Shown here piece by piece: positions 1 to 8,021 of a DNA stretch of 64,000 bases; position 1 is the stretch's first letter; the number at the start of each line of letters is the position of its first letter. The stretch is from assembly GCA_945482995.1 (NCBI GenBank), contig CALYRM010000001.1, positions 1,413 through 65,412 on the forward strand. The letters run 5' to 3'. A program made the position numbers and the translations under genes. The stretch is from an uncultured Clostridia bacterium. GTDB taxonomy: Bacteria; Bacillota; Clostridia; Christensenellales; CAG-1252. The notes below the pieces were generated by a model. The model worked only from the letters and a program-made list of their open reading frames with translations, made no database searches and had not been told where the DNA came from.

Positions 1-122
1 TTTTAAATAAATATCTCTATAATTTATTTTATTTTTTTTTACGATTTTTTATTCGCAGAAAAATCTTCCTTATATATCGGGAACGGACGCTATTTATCTT
101 CGGCGAGTTCGTCGTCGTAATT

Positions 123-1496
123 TTACTTTGCGTTTTCCATTCGAATTACTCTCCCCCACGGGGGCGTGCGTTTTTTGTTATTCAAAAGCCATAATACGGG
201 TACTCCTAACGCAATGCTCTCGTCGGGATACTTGCTTGCTCCGTCGGTTATTACTATAATACAAGTCAAATCGCCCTCAAACTTTTCTTTCGCTTTTTCA
301 AATACGGCGGTAAAATTCGTTCCGCCTAAACCTATCGGTTTTTGCTTCGAAACGTCCGATAAGTTTTCGAACGGCGCGGGATCGCTGACGACGAAATCGA
401 AATATGAAATCCAGCCGTTGAATTTGTCGTTAAACTGGTCTATAGCGCCTTTTATTTCGTTCAAAGCAAGCGACAATTCTTTATTATTAATACTGCCCGA
501 AGCGTCTACCGCGATATAAACGTTTTCTATTTTGTCAACCGCGTCGTTGAAGTCGGGAAGAAAAAAGTCGCTTTCCGAAAAACGTTTGTCGGGCGGAGAA
601 AACGAGTAGTCGTTTACTTCTTTTTGAATAAAATCGTTCAGCGCGGATTTCCAATCTATAGGCGGATTTTGTACTTGTTCAACGATTCTTTGCGCCATAT
701 TCGGAATAGAACCGAAGCGGTCGGTATCTTTTAGTTCGAGATAAACTTCGTACACGCGTTGTTTTATTCGCAATTCGTTATACGTCGGATTTTCGAGAGT
801 TCCCCACTTCGAATGGTCGTCGAAAAAGCCGTCCGCGTATATATCGGGAACGCCGTCCGAAGAACCGACTACGGTTTCGTCCTTGTTATCTTCTGATATT
901 CTATCGTTCGATAAAGCGGAATTCTTATCGCCGTTCGGCGGGTTTTTTCCGTCTTCGGATAGATTTTTTCTATCGTTTCCGCCGCTTCTTTTTTCGGATT
1001 CTTCGCATTCGCTCCCTTTGGATTTGCTTGAGTTTACGTCAACGTGGTCGACGATCATATCGTATACTTGTTCGGCTGTATACAAACGCCCTTCTTTTCC
1101 GTTCGGAGCGTAGTGCATGACTTCGGAACCGTCCACGTCAAGTTCGGGAACTCCGAGTTCGTCCAAAATTATACTGTTGACCACTACGTCTGCCGCGATA
1201 TTGTATAAAAAGTTATCGTAACCGTTCGATCTGAAACAATGCCCCGCAACGACGTGCATAATTTCGTGCATAATAATGAAACTCAATTCTTCGGTATTCA
1301 GTCTGTCCGAAAATTTTTCACCGAAATAAATCGTTTTACCGTCGGTACAAGCCGTTTCGCAATCGGTATCGATTGCAAGGTCGAGTTTTGAACAAAGCAA
1401 ACCGAAAAAAGGATGTTCGGATAACATCTTCATTTTTACGATCGATATTTTTTTTGCCAACGCAATATCCTTTTGAGCGCGTTCGAGAGAGTTCAT
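123..1496 (-). CDS. vWA-domain protein with N-terminal HExxH metallopeptidase-like domain (DUF2201/COG3864-like partner of MoxR ATPases)
   Basis: ORF 123..1535. I prefer the ATG at 1496 (MNSLERAQ..., 2 nt after the stop of the upstream gene) over the TTG at 1535. HEIMHVVAGH zinc-binding motif in the N-terminal half. The C-terminal half has a MIDAS-like YIAVDASGSI plus ...VITDG, typical of vWA folds. Confidence 0.7.
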   Translation of the reverse strand: MNSLERAQKDIALAKKISIVKMKMLSEHPFFGLLCSKLDLAIDTDCETACTDGKTIYFGEKFSDRLNTEELSFIIMHEIMHVVAGHCFRSNGYDNFLYNIAADVVVNSIILDELGVPELDVDGSEVMHYAPNGKEGRLYTAEQVYDMIVDHVDVNSSKSKGSECEESEKRSGGNDRKNLSEDGKNPPNGDKNSALSNDRISEDNKDETVVGSSDGVPDIYADGFFDDHSKWGTLENPTYNELRIKQRVYEVYLELKDTDRFGSIPNMAQRIVEQVQNPPIDWKSALNDFIQKEVNDYSFSPPDKRFSESDFFLPDFNDAVDKIENVYIAVDASGSINNKELSLALNEIKGAIDQFNDKFNGWISYFDFVVSDPAPFENLSDVSKQKPIGLGGTNFTAVFEKAKEKFEGDLTCIIVITDGASKYPDESIALGVPVLWLLNNKKRTPPWGRVIRMENAK

Positions 1497-1498
1497 AA

Positions 1499-2611
1499 CT
1501 AACCGAAGAAATAACGAGAATGGGTTTTTAACCAATCCGAAACGGATCTTCTCATAAGTATATTTTTATCCTTATACGCGAGTTCTTTGAAGAACGACGC
1601 AGTTATATCGGGTTGAAACCTTTTTGAATATTCTATACAGTTTTCCAAGCCGTTTTCGTCGTAACGATGCGAGGTTATATAGTGAAGCATAAGTTGAACG
1701 GTTGCGTACAGTCCGTCTGTCGTTTTCGGTACTACGGTAGCCCTTCCTTTTACTATATCGTCTATATCGGGGACGAAAGCGTTGGTTTTGCACCAAGCGA
1801 CGAATTCGGTTGCGATGCCGCTACCGACCAAACCCGCGATTAACGGGAAACAGCGTTCGAGATCTGAAAAATTGCCTGCCGAAAGAATATTCGAAACCAT
1901 TTCCCACGAACGAGGAGTCGCGAAAGCAACGTCGTCGTTCGAAGCGTCGAAATTGGTCAACAAGTCGCGGCGTTTACTCAAAAATTCCACCACTCTATAA
2001 TCTATATTCTTGCTTTTAGCCCATTTTTGCCAACTTACGAAGTCCGACTCTACCACGAAATGACACAGACGGTTCGCAAGGGCTTTCGGCATTTTGTACG
2101 CCACCGAGCGGTCAGTGGTACGGTTACCTGCGCAAATAACGTAGCAGTTGTCGGGTAATTTATGTTCGCCGATTACTCTGTCGAGCGTAATTTGATACGC
2201 CGCAGACTGCACGGAAGGAGGCGCTGCCGATATTTCGTCGAGAAACAAGAAATTAACGACGTCCGACGACGGATCCATATCGAATAGTTTAGGTTTCAGC
2301 CAAATCGCAAACGATTTCGTTACGTCCGCAACGGGGATTCCGCGAAGGTCTATCGGATTGAACAGCAAAAGACGCACGTCTACCACGCGAGTATTTTTGC
2401 GTGTTTTTTGAGAAACGCGGTCGGCTATCGCCCTAACTGCCTGAGATTTTCCTACGCCCGGCATACCCCACAACATTATAGCGGGCAGATCTTTGAACGG
2501 AACGGAATTGTCTAACGCGTTCACGAGTAAATCGCTTATCGAATCGACAATTCCAGAAACCGATAACGAGCATAAATTTGAATTATCAATCGGTATTTGT
2601 TGTTTAGTCAT
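1499..2611 (-). CDS. MoxR-like AAA+ ATPase (AAA_5 type, single module)
   Basis: Walker A GMPGVGKS and Walker B NFLFLDEIS, ~370 aa. The start ATG overlaps the stop of the SNF2 gene (8-nt overlap). The stop lies 2 nt before the vWA gene ATG. Confidence 0.75.
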   Translation of the reverse strand: MTKQQIPIDNSNLCSLSVSGIVDSISDLLVNALDNSVPFKDLPAIMLWGMPGVGKSQAVRAIADRVSQKTRKNTRVVDVRLLLFNPIDLRGIPVADVTKSFAIWLKPKLFDMDPSSDVVNFLFLDEISAAPPSVQSAAYQITLDRVIGEHKLPDNCYVICAGNRTTDRSVAYKMPKALANRLCHFVVESDFVSWQKWAKSKNIDYRVVEFLSKRRDLLTNFDASNDDVAFATPRSWEMVSNILSAGNFSDLERCFPLIAGLVGSGIATEFVAWCKTNAFVPDIDDIVKGRATVVPKTTDGLYATVQLMLHYITSHRYDENGLENCIEYSKRFQPDITASFFKELAYKDKNILMRRSVSDWLKTHSRYFFG

Positions 2612-5600
2612 CGTCGTAAACTCCTAATTCTGTTTCGATTTGTTCGAGTTTTTCGGTCAGCATAGTAATTCTTTCGTCGATATTTTCGCCTTCGGTCAAT
2701 TCTTCGTTCGCTTGTTTGATATTGCGTTCGAGACGCAACTCTTTTTTGCGGACTTCTGTCAAAACGTCGGTTAGATTCGATAAATATCTATCGATTTGTT
2801 TCGCGACCTCGACGTTAGAATACGGCGCGCCCTTATCGTTGTATAATCCGAAAGATTTTTCGTAGTTCGCTTTTAGATAGAATATCGGGTAATCTTTCGA
2901 ACAAACGGTGGGAACGAGAATTTTGAAACCGAATATCTCGGATAGTTCAACGGGGTTTTCTCTTATTTTGTCTTGACTGCATTCGGCGATAATCTCATCT
3001 CCCAACTCTTTATACGAAAATTTTTCGCTTTTGTTTTTTATATACGAGCGATAGTCTTTTTCGAGAAGTTTGTATTGCTGTTTTGCGGTTTCGAGTTCTT
3101 TTTTATACGCTTCCAAATTTGCTTCCACGGCGTTTTTTCGAGATATTCCGTGCGTTTTCAAAAGTTTCATTCTCGAAAGTTCGTTGTACGTTTGCACTCG
3201 TTCTTTGATTTTCGGATTGCCTATCGCAAGAGCCTTTATATCTGCGTACTGCAAGACCAAACCGTCTACTTCGTCGCCGTCGCGTCTGTCGAGACTGCCC
3301 GATAAAAGTTGACTGATGAAGCGTTGCTTGCTTTCGAGTAACTGCCACGAATACGCGTCGAAACTTCCTTCGGTAACGTATCGATATATTTCGACGACGT
3401 GATTTTCGTTTCCTTGTCGTATCATTCTGCCTTCTCTTTGAATCATATCCGAAGGTCTCCAAGGCACGTCGAGATGATGAACGGCGAAAAGGTATTTTTG
3501 AACGTTAACGCCCGTACCGAGCATAGGCGTCGAACCTACGAGTACTTTCGTTTTACCGTTGTTCAAGGCGTCGGTAATGGTTTGTCGTTTTTTCGAACTC
3601 GATCCCGCGTCTTGAATAAAAGAAATCAAATATCGCGGAAGTCCCATTTTCGCAAGTTCGTCGGCAAGAGCGTCGTAGACGTTGAACGAGTCTTTCGGCG
3701 TCGATACGTCGCAAAAAACGAGTTGAGTTACCGAAGGTTCTTCTTCGTATATGCGATAAACTTGTTCGGCGCACGCCGTTATTTTAGTTTTCACGACGGG
3801 GTTCGCCGTCGGATCGACGAGTCGTATGTCGAGAGCCATTTTCCTTCCGTCAGTGGTTACTTTCAATAGATTGTCCGCTATCGGTTTGCGTTGAGTTTTA
3901 TTGTTTTTATCTTTGTCTTTATCTTCTTTCGGCGCGGTTTTCTTGCGAATAACGTCGGTTCTTTCGGATAAAGACGAAAGGTACTTACGTTGTTCTCTCG
4001 ACAACGGAACTTCGATAGTGTTACGCTTGATATTCGTAAACAGCGAATCGTCGTCTTCGACGTGAAAATCCGCCACCGACGATAAAATGTTGGAAAGTTC
4101 GGGTAAATTGTGAAATTTATTGAATCTTTCGACTATTCTGAAATTACACGAGTCGACGTCCATCTCGAAGTTTTCGGTTTTCTCTCCGAACATCAACGCC
4201 CACTTGTCGAAAGTATCTATTCCGTAGAACTTGAGTTCGAGCGGTTGTAGATACGTTTGCATAACGAATAAGTCTGTCAAACTGTTCGTTATCGGAGTAC
4301 CCGTAGCGAAAACTATGCTCTTTGCTCCGTTCATACGAAGTAAATTAACCTTCGTCAGCATATCGTCGGCGATATGGCTCGTTCGACGAGTAAATCCGAG
4401 CAATTCGCTATCCGACGCTATCGTTACGTTTTTGAAATTATGCGCTTCGTCCACGAAAAGTGAAGTTATTCCCAAATCGTCGAAATAAATCGTTTGAGAA
4501 CCCTTTTTCTTTTCTTCCGATATTTTATTGTCGAGTTCTACTATTTGAACCGATAAATCGCTCAAAAGTTTGCGATACCGTTTCGCTTTGTCGAGTGCGC
4601 TTATTTCTTTGAAAGTTTTTTCTAATTTCCGTCTTTTGTATTTCAAACTTACGGGAATGGATTTGAACGAATTGTACGATATGATTACGGCGTCGAAATC
4701 CCCGTCGCGAATTTTCGCCAAGGTCCGTTCTTTCGTTTTCGGCGAAGTGTTTTTGTGGTCTACGACGAAAACGTTAGAGTTCGGATATAAATATTCGAAG
4801 TCCTTTTGCCATTGTTCGATTATTGCGTTCGGGACGACGTACATATTCTTTTTACTCGTTCCGATTCTTCTCATTTCCATACCGCCTGCGATCATGACGT
4901 ACGTTTTGCCCGTTCCGACCGAGTGCGACAATAAACACGACGACGTCAGAATAATACGAGCGATAGCCGAGCGTTGGTGCGGAAATAACGAAACGACGGG
5001 ATTTATTCCGTCGAGTTTCAAAAAGTTACCGTCGAATTTACGCGCGGTAACGCAACCGTATTTTTCGAAATAGATTTTTTCGAGAAATCCTTTTCGAGCG
5101 GGATTGTCGAATATCCAGCCGCGAAATTCGGCTATCATTTGCCTTTGTCGTTCAATTCCCGCGAGAGTTCTCGCTTGGTTAAGTACGGGAGTTTCTATTC
5201 CGTTGATAATTCGTTTATCGAAAATTTTAATGGGCGTATTGTTTAGAGTTCTTTCGAAGATCTCTACGGCTGTCATACCGAGTACGTCGAAACGAGAGTT
5301 AATATCTCTCGCGCTGTAATTAACTTTCCAGCGTTTCAAAACGTCGTCGTAAGTTACGCCCGCCGCGATCTTTCGTATTTTCAAAAGATGAACCAAAAAA
5401 TCGTTGTAAAATCTTGCGGGAATCCAGGGAGAACCTATAGTCGCGTATATTTTATCGCTTAAAACTCGCTCGGGCGAAATTGCCGCCAACGCGGATAGAT
5501 TACGCGAAAAAACTTCGGGATAATCTTTTGCCGCTTCTTCGGCTTGCCTGTATTTCAGTATAACGTTACCCGACAAATATTCGTCGGCGGTTTCCCAACC

Positions 5601-6107
5601 TTTATAAAACAGCTTTCCGCAGGTTTTCGGATTTTGATAAATCGCGTTTTTACTTTCGAGATCCGCGATAACGACTCTCGGTTCTTTTTCGGTAAGCGCG
5701 GAAATATATTCGATATCCACTTTGCCGAGTTCTTCCAAACAAATGACGAGAGCGTCCGAAACGTCGGCAATTTTCGAGTGGTCTTTGACGAGTTCGGCGT
5801 AGGCGTTGACGTAATCGACGGGTAAAGTACGCGTTCTTCTTTTTTCTTTTTCTTTTTCTTCGTTGTCTTTGACGATTTCGCTTGCCGATTTATTGGATAA
5901 AAACGAATCGACGAGTTTTTGATATTGTTCGTCGGTCAACGCGTCCGAAAGTTCTTTTGCGTCTGATTCGACCTGTTTGCGAAGTTCGTCCGGAGAAAGT
6001 CGAGTTTCTACCGAATCGACAACGGAAAAAACGCCGTTTTGCGGTAGCGGCTCAAAATCGGGCTTGTCCGATTTATTATTTTCGTTTCGAACGGTTTCGT
6101 CTGTCAT
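2604..6107 (-). CDS. SNF2/DEAD-like superfamily-2 helicase of the kind carried by conjugative elements and phages (no methylase domain seen)
   Basis: 1167-aa ORF with ATG at 6107 preceded by GGAG. Motif I SVGTGKTYVM, motif II LFVDEAHNFKN, motif III FATGTPITNS, motif V/VI LVGSTPMLGTGVNVQ and QREGRMIRQGN. Long coiled-coil-like C-terminal tail. Confidence 0.8.
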   Translation of the reverse strand: MTDETVRNENNKSDKPDFEPLPQNGVFSVVDSVETRLSPDELRKQVESDAKELSDALTDEQYQKLVDSFLSNKSASEIVKDNEEKEKEKRRTRTLPVDYVNAYAELVKDHSKIADVSDALVICLEELGKVDIEYISALTEKEPRVVIADLESKNAIYQNPKTCGKLFYKGWETADEYLSGNVILKYRQAEEAAKDYPEVFSRNLSALAAISPERVLSDKIYATIGSPWIPARFYNDFLVHLLKIRKIAAGVTYDDVLKRWKVNYSARDINSRFDVLGMTAVEIFERTLNNTPIKIFDKRIINGIETPVLNQARTLAGIERQRQMIAEFRGWIFDNPARKGFLEKIYFEKYGCVTARKFDGNFLKLDGINPVVSLFPHQRSAIARIILTSSCLLSHSVGTGKTYVMIAGGMEMRRIGTSKKNMYVVPNAIIEQWQKDFEYLYPNSNVFVVDHKNTSPKTKERTLAKIRDGDFDAVIISYNSFKSIPVSLKYKRRKLEKTFKEISALDKAKRYRKLLSDLSVQIVELDNKISEEKKKGSQTIYFDDLGITSLFVDEAHNFKNVTIASDSELLGFTRRTSHIADDMLTKVNLLRMNGAKSIVFATGTPITNSLTDLFVMQTYLQPLELKFYGIDTFDKWALMFGEKTENFEMDVDSCNFRIVERFNKFHNLPELSNILSSVADFHVEDDDSLFTNIKRNTIEVPLSREQRKYLSSLSERTDVIRKKTAPKEDKDKDKNNKTQRKPIADNLLKVTTDGRKMALDIRLVDPTANPVVKTKITACAEQVYRIYEEEPSVTQLVFCDVSTPKDSFNVYDALADELAKMGLPRYLISFIQDAGSSSKKRQTITDALNNGKTKVLVGSTPMLGTGVNVQKYLFAVHHLDVPWRPSDMIQREGRMIRQGNENHVVEIYRYVTEGSFDAYSWQLLESKQRFISQLLSGSLDRRDGDEVDGLVLQYADIKALAIGNPKIKERVQTYNELSRMKLLKTHGISRKNAVEANLEAYKKELETAKQQYKLLEKDYRSYIKNKSEKFSYKELGDEIIAECSQDKIRENPVELSEIFGFKILVPTVCSKDYPIFYLKANYEKSFGLYNDKGAPYSNVEVAKQIDRYLSNLTDVLTEVRKKELRLERNIKQANEELTEGENIDERITMLTEKLEQIETELGVYDDD

Positions 6108-6607
6108 ACCAGTGCTCCGAAAAAGGTCTTTTTAATAATATACGCGAATAATTGCGAAATTTCAACATAAGTATATAAAAACGGAGAAACAAATCTTATT
6201 ATCGCAACGAGACTAAACGTCGTACGCTTTTACGATCATTAAAAAACGTCAATAACCGCAATAGCGTAAAATTTCGAGTTTTCGCACAAAAAAGAACGAA
6301 CCCGAAAATCGAGTTCGTCTTTTATAACGCCGCAAGCGTCATGGAGCAGAAAAAATACGCCTGCGTGATTATTTTTGTTTTAACGATGAAATTATACGAA
6401 AAATACGGAATATTTTTCAAGCATAATTCGTATTTCTTCTATGCTTAACATACCCTTTCCTATTCCGCCGATTTCTAATAAGACGGAATGCCATACGAAT
6501 TGACGCGGATTAGATTTAAATCGATTTCGTTACATAAGTCGGATTTTATTTTTCGGATACCATAACTAAAATAATTTCACGAACGATTTGTTTTTTATTC
6601 GTATATA

Positions 6608-6635
6608 TTGATTTTATTTTGCAAAGTGGTATAAT
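6608..6635 (+). promoter_or_regulatory. sigma-70/sigma-A type promoter of the barnase-barstar pair, probably producing a leaderless mRNA
   Basis: TTGATT (6608-6613), 16-nt spacer, TGgTATAAT extended -10 (TG 6627-6628, TATAAT 6630-6635). The ATG at 6643 lies 7 nt after the -10 with no Shine-Dalgarno in between. Confidence 0.5.
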
Positions 6636-6642
6636 AGATTTT

Positions 6643-7341
6643 ATGAGAAAGTTTTCTAAATATCTTATTATCGTTTGCGCGTTGCTTTTGACTCTTTGCG
6701 TGTTCGTAGGATGCGCTTATAATTTAGGCAATAACGTCAACGGCAATAATACTAACGCAAGCGACGTCATCAATCCGTCCGATGATTATGACGAACCTAT
6801 TATCGACGATCGTCCGGGACAAGAAGAAGACGATCCGATCATTGACGATAGACAGGGGCAAGAAGAAGACGATCCGATAATTGACGATAGACAGGGGCAA
6901 GAAGAAGACGATCCGATAATCGAACCCGAGCCTACGCCCGAACCCGAACCTGAACCCGAACCTGCATTCGAAGATTACGGGCTGAACGTAATAACGATCA
7001 GTTTGTCGGAAGTTAACGTTTCGAAGGGCGGACGGTATACGTCTATGAAAGAAGTCGGTGCGTATTTGTATCTATATCACGAGTTACCTGTAAACTACGT
7101 TACGAAAAGCGCTTTCAAAAAGAGTAATTATACTTCGGAAAATAAGTTGAGCGTCGGAGGCGACCGTTTCGGAAATTACGAAGGTTTGTTGCCGAAAGGA
7201 AAATCGTATACCGAATGCGATATTAATTATCGCGGCGGAAAGAGAAATAAATACAGAATAGTATTCAGTTCTACCGATTGGACGATCTTCTATACCGACG
7301 ATCATTACGATAGTTTTTCAATATTAAAATTTGTCAAATAG
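6643..7341 (+). CDS. secreted lipoprotein ribonuclease, barnase family (N1/T1/barnase fold) with an acidic repeat linker
   Basis: MRKFSKYLIIVCALLLTLCVFVGC carries a lipobox (VFVG/C). The C-terminal ~115 aa align by eye with barnase: YLYLYHELPVNYVTKSAF / GGDRFGNYEGLLP / YTECDINYRGGKRNKYRIVFSS..IFYTDDHYDSF. Equivalents of barnase E73, R83, R87 and H102 are retained. The ORF-track start (TTG 6619) lies inside the promoter, so ATG 6643 is preferred. Confidence 0.85.
   Translation: MRKFSKYLIIVCALLLTLCVFVGCAYNLGNNVNGNNTNASDVINPSDDYDEPIIDDRPGQEEDDPIIDDRQGQEEDDPIIDDRQGQEEDDPIIEPEPTPEPEPEPEPAFEDYGLNVITISLSEVNVSKGGRYTSMKEVGAYLYLYHELPVNYVTKSAFKKSNYTSENKLSVGGDRFGNYEGLLPKGKSYTECDINYRGGKRNKYRIVFSSTDWTIFYTDDHYDSFSILKFVK
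6797..6965 (+). repeat. in-gene tandem repeat: ~3 copies of a 39-nt unit (EEDDPIIDDRQGQ) followed by a (EP)n tract
   Basis: gaagaagacgatccgat[ca]attgacgatagacaggggcaa recurs back to back (6822-6900 are two near-identical copies, flanked by partial copies). It is followed by gaacccgag/cctacgccc/gaacccgaacctgaacccgaacct. Confidence 0.85.
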
Positions 7342-7344
7342 CGT

Positions 7345-7584
7345 ATGAAAATCGATTTAGCGATATATAAAACGAAGAAACAACTCTTGGATTTGTTCGC
7401 CGACACCCTACCCGAGATGTACGGCAAAAATTACGACGCGCTTGCGGACGCGCTTACGGCGATCGAAGAACCTTTCGCTATAGAATTCGTGAATTCGGAC
7501 AAATACGAGCAGAAAGATATGCTCGTTCAAATACTTACGGACGTAAAATCGTATAACGATAATTTGAACGTTACAATCGATTAA
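7345..7584 (+). CDS. barstar-like ribonuclease inhibitor (immunity protein for the upstream barnase)
   Basis: 79 aa, starts 3 nt after the barnase stop. LPEMYGKNYDALADALT matches the barstar LPEYYGENLDALWDCLT inhibitory helix region. Size and position are classic for barstar. Confidence 0.8.
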   Translation: MKIDLAIYKTKKQLLDLFADTLPEMYGKNYDALADALTAIEEPFAIEFVNSDKYEQKDMLVQILTDVKSYNDNLNVTID

Positions 7585-7591
7585 AAAATCT

Positions 7592-7621
7592 AACCGCTCG
7601 AAAAAAGCGGTTATTTTTTTG
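7592..7621. terminator. rho-independent terminator, apparently bidirectional
   Basis: AACCGCT (7592-7598) / AGCGGTT (7606-7612) stem followed by ATTTTTTT. An A-run precedes the stem, so it can also serve the minus-strand frame ending at 7650. Confidence 0.7.
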
Positions 7622-7649
7622 CGTATTTCGCGACTACCGCAAATACGCT

Positions 7650-7994
7650 TTATTTATTTTTCAAATCGTAGATCGCCGCTTCGATTCGTCCGATAAGATA
7701 TTTATCCAAATATCCGAAATGATCTGCCACGTATTTTTTGCTACACTCGGACAGTTGCGATTTCGCACGTTCCAACGCGGTGTTCAACGCTTTTTTTTGC
7801 GCTTCTTCATTCCATAAATCCGTGCCTTTTACGTTGTCTACGTAGGTCTGATACGTTGCTTGTCCGATCGTACGCGAAAAATCGTTCGCGTTAATTTGCG
7901 GTACGATAGAATAATCGGATAAACGAATTTTTTGTTTATTTAAATCCGTTAATGATAACGAAAAAGACTCTTTTTTATGATATAATGCTTGTAA
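7650..7994 (-). pseudogene. 114-codon open frame with protein-like composition but no ATG/GTG/TTG start in its first ~68 codons
   Basis: My translation of the minus strand: ...SLTDLNKQKIRLSDYSIVPQINANDFSRTIGQATYQTYVDNVKGTDLWNEEAQKKALNTALERAKSQLSECSKKYVADHFGYLDKYLIGRIEAAIYDLKNK*. Bounded by in-frame TAG (7995-7997) and TAA (7650-7652). It is absent from the ORF track because the first canonical start leaves only 45 aa. Confidence 0.3.
7978..7986 (+). promoter_or_regulatory. extended -10 element (TGaTATAAT) upstream of the glycyl-radical enzyme gene
   Basis: TG at 7978-7979 and TATAAT at 7981-7986. GGAGA RBS about 9 nt before the ATG at 8022. No convincing -35. Confidence 0.35.
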
Positions 7995-8021
7995 CTACGT
8001 TATTTATGGAGAATTTCAAAA

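Noticed and set aside
2973-6151. Several 70-170-aa ORFs on the plus strand inside the SNF2 gene (e.g. 4570..5073, 3399..3869)
   Set aside because: They are antisense to a gene with complete helicase motifs. Their composition is typical of shadow frames.
6286-6325. Terminator-like hairpin AGAACGAAC-ccgaaaatcga-GTTCGTCT followed by TTT in the SNF2/barnase divergent spacer
   Set aside because: The stem is imperfect and the T-run short. No upstream gene on either strand would be terminated here, so it is not reported as a feature.
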